Origin: Candidatus Aphodoplasma sp.
GTDB taxonomy: Bacteria; Bacillota; Clostridia; UBA1381; UMGS1253
Length of the DNA: 64,000 bases
Direction: 5' to 3'
NCBI GenBank assembly: GCA_045592745.1
Contig: JAZNVH010000025.1
Span: 130,152-194,151 of the forward strand
Below the pieces are notes generated by a model. That model did no database searches. It had not been told where the DNA came from and saw only the letters and a list, made by a program, of their open reading frames with translations. Shown one piece after another: positions 20,274 through 30,526 of the stretch. Position 1 is the stretch's first letter; each line of letters opens with the position of its first letter. Made by a program: the position numbers and the translations under genes.

Positions 20274-21713
20274 ATGAACAAAGAAAATTTAACAATGCTT
20301 ACCGATTTTTACGAATTTACGATGGCAAATGGCTATTTTGAACATGGCTTTGTGGACAAAATAGCGTATTTTGACATGTTTTTTCGCAAAGTACCTGATG
20401 GTGGCGGATTTGCCATTATGGCAGGCGTTGAACAGCTTATTGAATATTTAAAGGATTTGACTTTTAATGATGAAGATATCGAGTTTTTGCGTGGGAAAAA
20501 GATATTTTGTGAGGAATTTTTGAGTTATCTTCGAGGTTTTAAATTTGCGTGTGATGTATGGGCAATCCCAGAAGGCATGCCCATTTTTCCGGGTGAACCT
20601 ATTGTAACCGTGCGCGGACCTGTTATACAGGCGCAGTTTATAGAAACAATGATACTTCTTACTGTAAACCATCAAAGTCTGATTGCGACAAAAGCAAACA
20701 GAATTGTGCGCGCTGCAGATGGAAGACCTGTAATGGAATTTGGTTCAAGACGTGCGCAAGGATATAACGCGGCAATTATGGGTGCGCGTGCATCCTATAT
20801 CGCAGGGTGCGCCGGAACTGCATGTGCTATTGCAGAACGTAAATATGGCGTGCCGGCACTTGGAACTATGGCGCACAGCTGGATACAGCTATTTGACAAT
20901 GAATACGATGCTTTTGCCGCATACGCAAAGACGTATCCAAATGATTGCACATTGCTTGTAGACACATATAACGTATTAAAAAGCGGTATTCCGAACGCAA
21001 TTAGGGTTTTTAATGATGTGTTGTTACCTATGGGATGCAGGCCAAAGGGAATACGCATTGACAGCGGAGATATAACTTATTTGTCAAAAAAAGCACGAAA
21101 GATGCTTGATGAGGCAGGTTTTGAGGACTGTAAAATAGTTGCATCAAATTCGCTTGATGAGTTTATCATACGCGACACTCTTATGCAGGGGGCAAAAATA
21201 GACTCTTTTGGCGTAGGTGAAAGACTTATTACATCGAGGTCTGAGCCTGTATTTGGAGGAGTGTATAAGCTTTGCGGAGTTGAAGAGGACGGAAAAATTA
21301 TTCCAAAAATCAAGCTCAGCGAAAACGTTACAAAGATTACTACGCCTTGCTTTAAACAGGTTTACAGGCTGTTTTCAAAAGAAAACGATAAAGCAATTGC
21401 AGATGTAATTACGCTGCACGACGAAGATATTGATAATTCACAACCATATGAAATTTTTGACCCTGAGCATGTATGGAAAAGAAAGGTTGTTGAAGATTTT
21501 TACGCAAAACCTTTGCTTGTCAAAATCTTTGATAAAGGCGAGTGTATATATGAAAGCCCAAAGCTTGAAGAGATAAAAGCCTTCTGTAAGCAGCAGATTG
21601 ATACGCTTTGGGACGAGGTTATACGTTTTGAAAATCCACACAGCTATTACGTTGACCTGTCGCAAAAGCTTTGGAATATAAAAAATGATTTATTAAAACA
21701 ACATTCAAAATAA
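20274..21713 (+). CDS. pncB: Nicotinate phosphoribosyltransferase
   Basis: 'LTDFYEFTM..GY' N-terminus, 'GTMAHSWIQ' and 'IRIDSGD' PncB motifs. Confidence 0.92.
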   Translation: MNKENLTMLTDFYEFTMANGYFEHGFVDKIAYFDMFFRKVPDGGGFAIMAGVEQLIEYLKDLTFNDEDIEFLRGKKIFCEEFLSYLRGFKFACDVWAIPEGMPIFPGEPIVTVRGPVIQAQFIETMILLTVNHQSLIATKANRIVRAADGRPVMEFGSRRAQGYNAAIMGARASYIAGCAGTACAIAERKYGVPALGTMAHSWIQLFDNEYDAFAAYAKTYPNDCTLLVDTYNVLKSGIPNAIRVFNDVLLPMGCRPKGIRIDSGDITYLSKKARKMLDEAGFEDCKIVASNSLDEFIIRDTLMQGAKIDSFGVGERLITSRSEPVFGGVYKLCGVEEDGKIIPKIKLSENVTKITTPCFKQVYRLFSKENDKAIADVITLHDEDIDNSQPYEIFDPEHVWKRKVVEDFYAKPLLVKIFDKGECIYESPKLEEIKAFCKQQIDTLWDEVIRFENPHSYYVDLSQKLWNIKNDLLKQHSK

Positions 21714-21758
21714 TGTATAAAATATACTTGCAGATATTATATTTGAACGGAGAGAGTT

Positions 21759-22466
21759 ATGGCACTTTTTTGTATATCCGATTTACATCTTTCACTCGGC
21801 GTTGACAAGCCGATGGATGTTTTTGGAGGAGTATGGGAAAACTATATAGAAAAGCTTGAAAAAAACTGGCGTGAAATTGTATCAGACAATGATTATGTTG
21901 TCATGCCTGGTGACTTTTGCTGGGCGATGCATCTTAACGAATCAAAAAAAGATTTTGAATTTTTAAATGCTCTTCCGGGTATAAAGATACTTTTAAAAGG
22001 CAATCATGATTATTGGTGGGACACTGTAAGCAAGCTAAGACGTTTTGTAACTGACAACGCATACAGTAATATACAGTTTTTGCAAAACAACTTTTTTCTC
22101 TACAATAACTGTGCAATATGCGGAACTCGTTTTTGGCTGTGTCCGGGTGCATCGGCATTTACAGGTGAGGACGAAAAAATCTATTTGCGCGAGCTTGGCA
22201 GGGCAGAGCTTTCGCTTGCAGACGCTGCGAAAAAAAATCCAAATCAAATTTTGTTTTTTACGCATTATCCGCCGTTTTCAAATCCGCAAAAGCCAGATGA
22301 TGCATTTTGTGAGCTTATGCAAAAATATGGTGTTTCACACGTATTATACGGTCATCTTCATGGCGATGCCAAAAATTATGCCTTCACAGGTGAGTATAAA
22401 GGTATAAAATTTGACCTTGTTTCATGTGATTATTTGGAATTTACGCCAAAAATGCTTATTAAATAA
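21759..22466 (+). CDS. Metallophosphoesterase family protein
   Basis: 'ISDLHL', 'PGDF' and 'GNHDYWW' calcineurin-like phosphoesterase motifs. Confidence 0.8.
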   Translation: MALFCISDLHLSLGVDKPMDVFGGVWENYIEKLEKNWREIVSDNDYVVMPGDFCWAMHLNESKKDFEFLNALPGIKILLKGNHDYWWDTVSKLRRFVTDNAYSNIQFLQNNFFLYNNCAICGTRFWLCPGASAFTGEDEKIYLRELGRAELSLADAAKKNPNQILFFTHYPPFSNPQKPDDAFCELMQKYGVSHVLYGHLHGDAKNYAFTGEYKGIKFDLVSCDYLEFTPKMLIK

Positions 22467-22485
22467 AGATTTTTTCAAAAAAAGG

Positions 22486-22513
22486 TTGCAAATTTTTACA
22501 TATGTGGTATAAT
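22486..22513 (+). promoter_or_regulatory. SigA-type promoter for tig
   Basis: TTGCAA, 16-nt spacer, TATAAT, with TGg extended -10. Confidence 0.55.
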
Positions 22514-22579
22514 ATTTTATTGATTGTTTAGATTGCAAAAGAAAAATTATCTAAATTAAATTTGGAGGAAAGATTGAAA

Positions 22580-23872
22580 ATGAGTGTTAAGGTTGAAAAG
22601 TTAGAAACAAACGTAGTTGAGCTTGAATTCGAAGTAAGCAAAGAAGATTTCGAATCTGCTATGCAGCGTTCGTACATAAAGAACGTAAAAAGCATCAACA
22701 TCCCCGGTTTCCGTAAGGGAAAAGCACCGAGAAAAATAATTGAGAATATGTACGGAAAAGAGATTTTCTATGATGATGCTATTAATTTTGTATTTCCTGA
22801 TGCTTATGAGGCAGCTTTGAAAGAAGCTAAAGTTGAGCCTGTATCACGTCCGGATGTTGATATTAAGCAATTCCCGACAGATGAGCTTAATCTTATTTTG
22901 ACAGCAAAGGTTACAGTAAAGCCTGATGTTAAAATCAGCAAATTTGATAAAATAGATGCTAAAAAGCCTGAATATCCTGTAACTGATGAGGATATCGAAA
23001 ACGAGCTTAAGAGCCGTCAAAATCAAAATGCACGTGTAATCACGGTTGAAGACCGCGCTGCACAAAAAGATGACGTTGTTGTTATCGATTTCGAAGGTTT
23101 TGTAGATGGCGTTGCATTTGAGGGTGGTAAGGGTGAAAACTTTAACCTTACACTTGGTTCGGGTCAGTTTATTCCTGGCTTTGAGGATCAGCTTATCGGC
23201 GCAAATATCGGCGATGAAGTTGACGTTAACGTTACTTTCCCAGAAGAGTACCATGCACCTGATTTGGCAGGTAAGCCGGCACTCTTCAAAGTTAAGCTTC
23301 ACAGCATAACTGCAAAAGAGCTTCCTGAGCTTGATGATGAATTTGCAAAAGATGTAAGCGAATTTGATACACTTGATGAACTTAAAAATGATATTAAGTC
23401 AAAGCTTGAAGAAAACAACGAAAGACGTGCTAAGCAGGAATTTGAAAACGATGTAATAGATTTTATCATATCAAAGATGAAGACTGAAATTCCGGAAATT
23501 ATGTACGAAAATCGTATAGATGAGCTTGTACGTGATTTTGAGATGCGCCTTTCATATCAAGGTATGAGCGTTGAGCAGTACCTTGGATATGCAGGTATGG
23601 ATATGGCTACTTTCAGAGGTCAGTTTAAAGAGCAGGCAGAAAAGCAGGTTAAAGGTATGCTTGCTATTGAAGCTATGGCTAAGAAAGAAAAGATCAAGGC
23701 TCTTAAGGACGATGTTACAAAAGAGTACAAAAAGCTTGCTGAGCAGTACAAAATGGACGTTGATAAGATCAAAAGCTTCATAAACGAAGAAGATCTTAAA
23801 AAGGATATTATAACAAACAAAACTATCGAGGCATTACTTGCTATGGCAAGCGGTGAAGCTGCCGAGGAGTAA
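22580..23872 (+). CDS. tig: Trigger factor
   Basis: 'GFRKGKAP' ribosome-binding signature, central FKBP PPIase domain, C-terminal arm. ATG at 22580 follows GGAGGA. Confidence 0.95.
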   Translation: MSVKVEKLETNVVELEFEVSKEDFESAMQRSYIKNVKSINIPGFRKGKAPRKIIENMYGKEIFYDDAINFVFPDAYEAALKEAKVEPVSRPDVDIKQFPTDELNLILTAKVTVKPDVKISKFDKIDAKKPEYPVTDEDIENELKSRQNQNARVITVEDRAAQKDDVVVIDFEGFVDGVAFEGGKGENFNLTLGSGQFIPGFEDQLIGANIGDEVDVNVTFPEEYHAPDLAGKPALFKVKLHSITAKELPELDDEFAKDVSEFDTLDELKNDIKSKLEENNERRAKQEFENDVIDFIISKMKTEIPEIMYENRIDELVRDFEMRLSYQGMSVEQYLGYAGMDMATFRGQFKEQAEKQVKGMLAIEAMAKKEKIKALKDDVTKEYKKLAEQYKMDVDKIKSFINEEDLKKDIITNKTIEALLAMASGEAAEE

Positions 23873-23918
23873 TCCAAGATTTTAACAGTATAATATATAA
23901 TGACAGGAGTGAAACGTT

Positions 23919-24509
23919 ATGAACATGAGTTTAGTACCTACAGTTATTGAGCAGACCAATCGCGGTGAACGTGCGTATGATATTTTTTCGCGCTTGCTTA
24001 AAGAGAGAATTGTGTTTTTAGGTGAAGAGGTAAACGATGTAACTGCCTCGCTCGTTGTTGCACAATTGCTTTTCCTTGAAAGTGAAGACCCCGATAAAGA
24101 TATCCAGTTTTATATAAACAGTCCCGGTGGCTCGATTACAGCCGGTATGGCGATTTATGATACTATGCAATACATTAAGTGCGATGTATCAACAATCTGT
24201 ATCGGTATGGCAGCAAGTATGGGAGCTTTCCTTCTTGCAGCAGGACAGAAGGGTAAACGTTTCGCTCTTCCTAATAGTGAAATTATGATTCATCAGCCAC
24301 TTGGTGGTATGCAGGGTCAGGCTACCGATATTAAAATTCATGCTGACAGAATCATAAAAATCCGTGATACTTTAAATAATATCTTAAGCGAAAGAACAGG
24401 TCAGCCCCTTGAAAAGATTCAGCTTGATACTGAGCGCGATAACTTTATGAGTGCTCAAGAAGCTAAGGCTTATGGTCTTATCGATGAGGTAATTTCGCGC
24501 AAGGCATAA
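23919..24509 (+). CDS. clpP: ATP-dependent Clp protease proteolytic subunit
   Basis: '[11 protein letters not shown]', active-site 'GMAASMGA' (Ser) and 'IHQPLGG' (His). Confidence 0.97.
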   Translation: MNMSLVPTVIEQTNRGERAYDIFSRLLKERIVFLGEEVNDVTASLVVAQLLFLESEDPDKDIQFYINSPGGSITAGMAIYDTMQYIKCDVSTICIGMAASMGAFLLAAGQKGKRFALPNSEIMIHQPLGGMQGQATDIKIHADRIIKIRDTLNNILSERTGQPLEKIQLDTERDNFMSAQEAKAYGLIDEVISRKA

Positions 24510-24546
24510 TTTTCTTATTTTGATTTTCCTGTAAAGAGGTGAAACA

Positions 24547-25860
24547 ATGTCCGGTAACAAAACGACATCAAACAACAATACAAAACAATTAAGATGCTCT
24601 TTTTGCGGTAAACCGCAGGAAAGTGTGAAAAAGCTTGTTGCAGGGCCGGGAGTCTATATCTGTAACGAGTGTATTTCGCTGTGTCAAAGCGTAATTGATG
24701 GCGAATATGACATTGATTCTATGGAAGTCGATTTGGAAAATATTCCAAAGCCGAAAAAAATTAAAGAAATCCTTGACCAGTATGTAATAGGGCAGGAGCA
24801 GGCAAAAAAAGCTATGTCTGTTGCTGTTTATAACCATTATAAGCGTATAGAACATGAAAATCACATTGATGATGTTGAGCTTCAAAAAAGTAATATATTG
24901 CTTTTGGGTCCTACCGGTTCAGGCAAGACGTTCCTTGCACAAACGCTTGCTAAGATTTTAAATGTTCCATTTGCAATAGCTGATGCAACCTCTCTTACCG
25001 AGGCAGGTTATGTTGGCGAAGATGTTGAAAATATTCTTTTAAAGCTTATACAGGCTGCTGATTATGACATTGATATGGCTGAGCGCGGTATTATCTATAT
25101 TGATGAGATTGATAAGATTTCAAAGAAATCAGAAAATGTGTCAATTACGCGTGATGTCAGTGGTGAAGGTGTTCAGCAATCACTATTAAAAATTCTTGAA
25201 GGAACTGTCGCGTCTGTTCCGCCTCAGGGTGGCAGAAAGCATCCTCATCAGGAGTTTATACAAATAGACACAACAAACATATTGTTTATTTGTGGCGGTG
25301 CTTTTGATGGAATTGATAAGATTATAAATGCCCGTACAGGTAAAAACTCAATTGGTTTCGGCGCAAAGGTTGAAAGTAAAAAAGAGCTTGACCTTGGAAA
25401 AGTGCTAAAAAATATTACACCTCAGGATTTGCTCAAATATGGTTTGATACCTGAGTTTATAGGTCGTTTGCCAATTATATCAACGCTTGATAATCTTGAC
25501 CGTGAAGCACTTGTAAGAATCCTTACAGAGCCTAAAAACGCACTTGTAAAGCAATATCAAAAGCTGTTTGATATGGATGATGTATATCTTGAATTTGACC
25601 GCAAGGCGATTGAGGCAATAGCCGATAAAGCCAGTGAGCTTAACACGGGAGCGCGCGGACTTCGTTCAATTGTGGAAGAAATTATGATGGATATTATGTT
25701 TGAAATTCCGTCCGATGATACTATTGAGCGTTGTATTATACACGAAGATACAGTATTAAACGGCGCTGCACCCGAAATAATTCGTAGCCAACAAGCAAAA
25801 AAAAGCAAGAATATTTCATCAGCTAAAAGTAAAAGAATGGCTGACAGAGATATCGGTTAA
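24547..25860 (+). CDS. clpX: ATP-dependent Clp protease ATP-binding subunit ClpX
   Basis: N-terminal C4 zinc finger ('CSFCGK...CNEC'), Walker A 'GPTGSGKT' and 'IYIDEIDK'. Confidence 0.97.
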   Translation: MSGNKTTSNNNTKQLRCSFCGKPQESVKKLVAGPGVYICNECISLCQSVIDGEYDIDSMEVDLENIPKPKKIKEILDQYVIGQEQAKKAMSVAVYNHYKRIEHENHIDDVELQKSNILLLGPTGSGKTFLAQTLAKILNVPFAIADATSLTEAGYVGEDVENILLKLIQAADYDIDMAERGIIYIDEIDKISKKSENVSITRDVSGEGVQQSLLKILEGTVASVPPQGGRKHPHQEFIQIDTTNILFICGGAFDGIDKIINARTGKNSIGFGAKVESKKELDLGKVLKNITPQDLLKYGLIPEFIGRLPIISTLDNLDREALVRILTEPKNALVKQYQKLFDMDDVYLEFDRKAIEAIADKASELNTGARGLRSIVEEIMMDIMFEIPSDDTIERCIIHEDTVLNGAAPEIIRSQQAKKSKNISSAKSKRMADRDIG

Positions 25861-25874
25861 TTACAAAATTTTCT

Positions 25875-25905
25875 AACAGCGCTCAGTTTTGGGCGCTGTT
25901 TTTAT
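25875..25905 (+). terminator. Rho-independent terminator after clpX
   Basis: aacagcgc (25875-82) pairs with gcgctgtt (25893-900), followed by a T-run. Confidence 0.65.
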
Positions 25906-25941
25906 ATGTGCTGTTTATATAGCATAGTTTTTATAAAATAC

Positions 25942-25970
25942 TTGTAAATATGAGAAAAATAGCGTATAAT
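25942..25970 (+). promoter_or_regulatory. SigA-type promoter for lon
   Basis: TTGTAA, 17-nt spacer, TATAAT. Confidence 0.55.
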
Positions 25971-26014
25971 ATTATAAAACAGCGATGTCTAATACAAAAC
26001 GAAGGAGAAAATTT

Positions 26015-28453
26015 ATGTCTGATAATATAGAACGCAACGATATTGATAATATAGAATATAGTCAAATGCCAATGATGGCAATGCGCGGAATTGTTGTTTT
26101 TCCGTATATGATTACTCATTTTGATGTTGGTAGGGAAAAGTCTGTAAAAGCACTTGAGGCAGCTATGGCAAGTGACCAGACGATTTTTTTGGTTGCTCAA
26201 AAAGATGTCGAAATAGATTTGCCCGTTGAAGAAGACTTGTATAAAGTTGGAACAATTGCAAAGATAAAACAAGTTGTAAAGCTTCCGGGCGATTCTGTAA
26301 GAATACTTGTTGAAGGTATTTGCCGTGCAAAAATTGTTAATCTTGTATCGGGCGAGCCATACTTTATAGCTTCTGTGGAGGAAATAAAAGACGAAATCGA
26401 AGACCAGATTATATCTGATGCTCTTTTGCGTCAGCTTCGCGCTACTTTTGAACAGTATTTTTCTTTTAACAACAAAATAAATTCCGAGTCTATGATGTCA
26501 ATTATGGCAATTGATGATATATCAAAAATTACCGACGTGATAACATCAAATATATCTTTACGATATACGGATAAACAAATTATTCTGGAAACCTCGGGCG
26601 TGTTTGACAGAGTTACACGTCTTATTGCTATACTCAAAAATGAAATTGAAATTATAAGGCTTGAGCAAAACATTTCCGAAAAAGTTAAGTCTCAAATCGA
26701 CAAAAACCAACGTGAATATTACCTTAGAGAACAATTAAAGGTTATTTCTGATGAGCTTGGCGATAAAGAGGGAATAAACGGCGAAATAGCTGAATATAAC
26801 AAAAAAATTGAAAAGGCTCAGCTTACAGGCGATATTAAAGAAAAGCTGACAAAAGAATTGCAGCGACTTTTAAAGCAGCCATTAGGTTCGCCCGACGCTG
26901 CTGTTATACGCAATTATCTTGATTCAGTTTTGGAGATGCCTTGGAATATATCAACAAAAGAAAGATTTGACATAAAAAAAGCAGAAAGAATTTTAAACGA
27001 AGAGCATTATGGTCTTGATAAAGTAAAAGAGAGAGTACTTGAATATCTTTCTGTAAGAAAGCTTGCTAAAAATGTGCCTTCACCGATTTTGTGCTTCGTA
27101 GGGCCTCCCGGAGTAGGTAAGACCTCTATTGCAAAATCAATAGCAGAAGCACTTAACAGAAAATATGTAAGAATATCACTCGGTGGAGTGCGCGATGAAT
27201 CAGATATACGCGGTCATAGAAAGACATATATTGGCTCGATGCCTGGACGTATTATGAATGCTATGAAGCTTGCAAAAAGTAGTAATCCGCTTATGCTTCT
27301 TGATGAGATTGACAAAATGGGAAATGATTTTCGCGGTGACCCCTCGGCAGCAATGCTCGAAGTGCTTGATGCGGAGCAAAACTTTGCGTTTCGCGACCAC
27401 TATTTAGAAGTACCATTCGATTTATCAAATGTGTTATTTATAACCACGGCAAATACTCTTGATACAATCCCTACGGCACTTTTAGACCGTATGGAAGTAA
27501 TTAATATAGGTGGATATACAACAGAAGAAAAGCTTAATATTGCTAAAAAGCACATTGTACCAAAGCAAATGAAACAGCATGGTCTAAAAGCATCACAGAT
27601 TCTTATTGAGGATGATGCAATTGTAGATATAATTGAGTATTATACTCGTGAAGCAGGTGTGAGAAATATGGAACGCACCATTGCCGAGGTATGCAGAAAA
27701 TGCGCAAAAACGATTGTGTCAAGCAAACAAAAGAGCATTATAGTTACATGTGAAAATCTTAATAAATATCTTGGTAAAAAGAAATTTTTATACGACAAAA
27801 TTGAAAAAGACGACGAAATAGGCGTTGTGCGTGGTCTTGCATGGACAAGTGTTGGCGGAGATACACTTAATGTTGAAGTAAATACAATGCCTGGAAATGG
27901 CAAAATCGAACTTACAGGTCAGCTTGGCGACGTTATGAAGGAATCGGCAAGAACAGCTCTTAGTTATGTTCGTTCACGGGCGAATATGCTTGGTATTGAA
28001 CCATCATTTTATCAATGCGTCGATTTGCATATACACGTTCCTGAAGGCGCAGTACCAAAGGATGGTCCTTCAGCAGGTATTACAATAGCGTGTGCCATTA
28101 TTTCTGCACTCAGCGGGCGAAGCGTATATTCAAATGTAGCTATGACGGGAGAAATTACTCTTCGCGGGCGAGTGCTTCCAATAGGCGGTCTTAAAGAAAA
28201 GGCGCTTGCGGCGTATAGGGCAGGGGTTAAAACAGTAATTATTCCCGATGAAAACAGTCGCGACCTTGACGAAATATCAGATACAATAAAAAATGAAATT
28301 AATTTTGTGCCTGTAAAAAATATTGACGAAGTGCTTGAATTAGCACTTTCAAAGAATAAAAAGCGTGGTTTTAAGCTTGATATGGCTCCTATAGGACCGA
28401 TTATACAAGCTCAGCCCCAGCTTTCGAACGAAATCGGATCTATAAAACAATAA
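26015..28453 (+). CDS. lon: Endopeptidase La (Lon protease)
   Basis: LON N-domain, AAA+ 'GPPGVGKTS', C-terminal 'PKDGPSAGIT' Ser protease motif. ATG at 26015 follows AAGGAG. Confidence 0.96.
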   Translation: MSDNIERNDIDNIEYSQMPMMAMRGIVVFPYMITHFDVGREKSVKALEAAMASDQTIFLVAQKDVEIDLPVEEDLYKVGTIAKIKQVVKLPGDSVRILVEGICRAKIVNLVSGEPYFIASVEEIKDEIEDQIISDALLRQLRATFEQYFSFNNKINSESMMSIMAIDDISKITDVITSNISLRYTDKQIILETSGVFDRVTRLIAILKNEIEIIRLEQNISEKVKSQIDKNQREYYLREQLKVISDELGDKEGINGEIAEYNKKIEKAQLTGDIKEKLTKELQRLLKQPLGSPDAAVIRNYLDSVLEMPWNISTKERFDIKKAERILNEEHYGLDKVKERVLEYLSVRKLAKNVPSPILCFVGPPGVGKTSIAKSIAEALNRKYVRISLGGVRDESDIRGHRKTYIGSMPGRIMNAMKLAKSSNPLMLLDEIDKMGNDFRGDPSAAMLEVLDAEQNFAFRDHYLEVPFDLSNVLFITTANTLDTIPTALLDRMEVINIGGYTTEEKLNIAKKHIVPKQMKQHGLKASQILIEDDAIVDIIEYYTREAGVRNMERTIAEVCRKCAKTIVSSKQKSIIVTCENLNKYLGKKKFLYDKIEKDDEIGVVRGLAWTSVGGDTLNVEVNTMPGNGKIELTGQLGDVMKESARTALSYVRSRANMLGIEPSFYQCVDLHIHVPEGAVPKDGPSAGITIACAIISALSGRSVYSNVAMTGEITLRGRVLPIGGLKEKALAAYRAGVKTVIIPDENSRDLDEISDTIKNEINFVPVKNIDEVLELALSKNKKRGFKLDMAPIGPIIQAQPQLSNEIGSIKQ

Positions 28454-28479
28454 TTTCGCTATAAACAGGGGGGAAGGTC

Positions 28480-29079
28480 ATGAATCTTCATAATGCTGAT
28501 ATTACAATTTCGGCGGTTTCGCCATCACAATATCCAAAAACTAACGTGCCTGAATTTGCATTTGCAGGACGTTCCAATGTGGGAAAATCCTCACTTATAA
28601 ACAAACTTTTGAATCGCAAATCACTTGCAAGAGTGAGCGCATCGCCTGGAAAAACAGCAACGATTAACTTTTATGATATTGATAAAACTATATTTCTTGT
28701 TGACCTGCCGGGCTATGGTTATGCAAGTCGCTCAAAAGCAGAGATAAAAAAATGGGGCGAAATGATTGAAACGTATCTTAATGGCAGAGAGCAGCTATAT
28801 CAGGTGTTTCTGCTTGTCGACAGCCGCCACAAACCAACGGCTGATGATAAAATGATGCTTGATTGGATACGCGCGGCACAAGAAACTGTAGTTGTAATTG
28901 CAACAAAAACAGATAAACTTTCAAAAAAACAGCTCGAAGAAAATCTTGATATGATTTATGACGAATTAAATCTTACAGAAGATGATTTGCTCGTTCCGTT
29001 TTCAACAAAAAATGACGAAGGCAAGGTTACTGTCTGGGATGTTATAAATTTACTTAGAACAGCCGACGGAGAATATTAA
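28480..29079 (+). CDS. engB: Ribosome biogenesis GTP-binding protein YsxC/EngB
   Basis: 'FAGRSNVGKSSLIN' and 'DLPGYGYA' motifs. Conserved position downstream of lon. Confidence 0.93.
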   Translation: MNLHNADITISAVSPSQYPKTNVPEFAFAGRSNVGKSSLINKLLNRKSLARVSASPGKTATINFYDIDKTIFLVDLPGYGYASRSKAEIKKWGEMIETYLNGREQLYQVFLLVDSRHKPTADDKMMLDWIRAAQETVVVIATKTDKLSKKQLEENLDMIYDELNLTEDDLLVPFSTKNDEGKVTVWDVINLLRTADGEY

Positions 29080-29138
29080 TTAAAAAATTTACCATAATTA
29101 TTTTATGTAAACCATTTACACAAATGGATAAAAAAGCC

Positions 29139-29167
29139 TTGACTTTATATACAAAAAACGATAAAAT
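29139..29167 (+). promoter_or_regulatory. SigA-type promoter for hisS-aspS
   Basis: TTGACT, 17-nt spacer, TAAAAT. Confidence 0.5.
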
Positions 29168-29259
29168 ATTTATTGTCAATTCTCTCCCTTTTTTGGGGGA
29201 GTTTGCTTTGTAAATCGGTTTTTATTTATATAAATTTATTATATTTTGGAGGAAGAATT

Positions 29260-30510
29260 ATGCTTACAAAGGCACCAAGAGGTACCAGCGATATATTGTC
29301 GCCCAATACTGCTAAATGGCAATACATTGAAGCGAAAGCACGTGATATTTGTGCTCGATTTGGCTATGGTGAAATTCGCACACCCACATTTGAACATACA
29401 GAGCTTTTTTTACGCGGTGTAGGGGATACGACTGATGTAGTAGAAAAACAGATGTATACATTTACCGACAAGGGAGATCGCAGTATTACACTTCGCCCTG
29501 AAGGTACAGCTTCTGCTGCGCGTGCGTTTATAGAACATAATCTTGGAGCAAATCCTCTGCCTGTAAAGCTTTTTTATACAATACCTTGTTTTAGATATGA
29601 AAAACCTCAGGCAGGACGCCTTCGTGAATTTCATCAGTTTGGCGTAGAGGTTTTTGGCTCTGATAAACCAAGCGTTGATGTCGAAATTATATCTCTTGCT
29701 ATAATGTACTTAAATGAACTCGGTCTTAGTGACTTGACACTTAATATTAACTCTATAGGATGTCCTGAGTGTCGCAAAAAATATAACGAAATACTTATAG
29801 CGTATTTTAAAGAGCATTATGACGAATTATGTGATACATGCAAGAGCAGACTTGAGCGTAATCCGCTTCGTATTCTTGATTGCAAATCACCAATATGCGG
29901 TGCACTTGCCAAAAATGCGCCAAAGCTTGTCGACTATATCTGCGACGAGTGTAGCGAACATTTTGAGGCAGTAAAAACAGGTCTTGATACAATAGGTATT
30001 TCATATACTGTTGACCCTGATATTGTACGTGGACTTGACTATTATACAAAAACTGTTTTCGAAGTTTCTTCGAACGATATTGGCTCTCAATCTGCTGTAT
30101 GTGGTGGTGGACGCTATGACGGATTGATAAGTGAGCTTGGTGGAAATGCTACACCCGGAATTGGTTTTGCGCTTGGAATTGAAAGGCTTATTATGGTTAT
30201 GGAAAACAAAGGTCTTTCTTTTGGCGAGGTAAAACAACCAAAGCTTTTTGTGGCAACTATCGGAGAAAAAGCTGATATTTATGCAGAAAAGCTTATATAT
30301 GACCTGCGTAGTGCAGGAATTATTTGCGAAAAAGACCGTATGGGAAGAAGCCTTAAGGCGCAAATGAAATATGCCGACAAATCAGGTTATTTATACACGG
30401 TTGTGCTTGGTGATGATGAAATTGACAAAAATGAAGCAACGCTTAAAAATATGAGCGACGGTACAACATTAGCTGTAACGCTTGATAAGCTTAAGGATTA
30501 TTTAAAATAG
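29260..30510 (+). CDS. hisS: Histidyl-tRNA synthetase
   Basis: 'APRGT.D', 'LRPEGTA' and 'FRYE.PQ.GR.REF.Q' class-II motifs. ATG at 29260 follows GGAGGA. The track's 29-codon extension is spurious. Confidence 0.95.
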   Translation: MLTKAPRGTSDILSPNTAKWQYIEAKARDICARFGYGEIRTPTFEHTELFLRGVGDTTDVVEKQMYTFTDKGDRSITLRPEGTASAARAFIEHNLGANPLPVKLFYTIPCFRYEKPQAGRLREFHQFGVEVFGSDKPSVDVEIISLAIMYLNELGLSDLTLNINSIGCPECRKKYNEILIAYFKEHYDELCDTCKSRLERNPLRILDCKSPICGALAKNAPKLVDYICDECSEHFEAVKTGLDTIGISYTVDPDIVRGLDYYTKTVFEVSSNDIGSQSAVCGGGRYDGLISELGGNATPGIGFALGIERLIMVMENKGLSFGEVKQPKLFVATIGEKADIYAEKLIYDLRSAGIICEKDRMGRSLKAQMKYADKSGYLYTVVLGDDEIDKNEATLKNMSDGTTLAVTLDKLKDYLK

Positions 30511-30526
30511 AAATGAGGAGATTTTA

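Noticed and set aside
22844-23302. 152-aa minus-strand ORF inside tig, and similar antisense ORFs inside aspS (31366-31809) and xseA (36293-36691).
   Set aside because: These are shadow ORFs opposite highly conserved genes, with no supporting signals.
29080-29259. An expected T-box or other riboswitch upstream of hisS.
   Set aside because: The leader is only about 90 nt and has no T-box, F-box or specifier architecture. It is kept as a finding about absence rather than as a feature.
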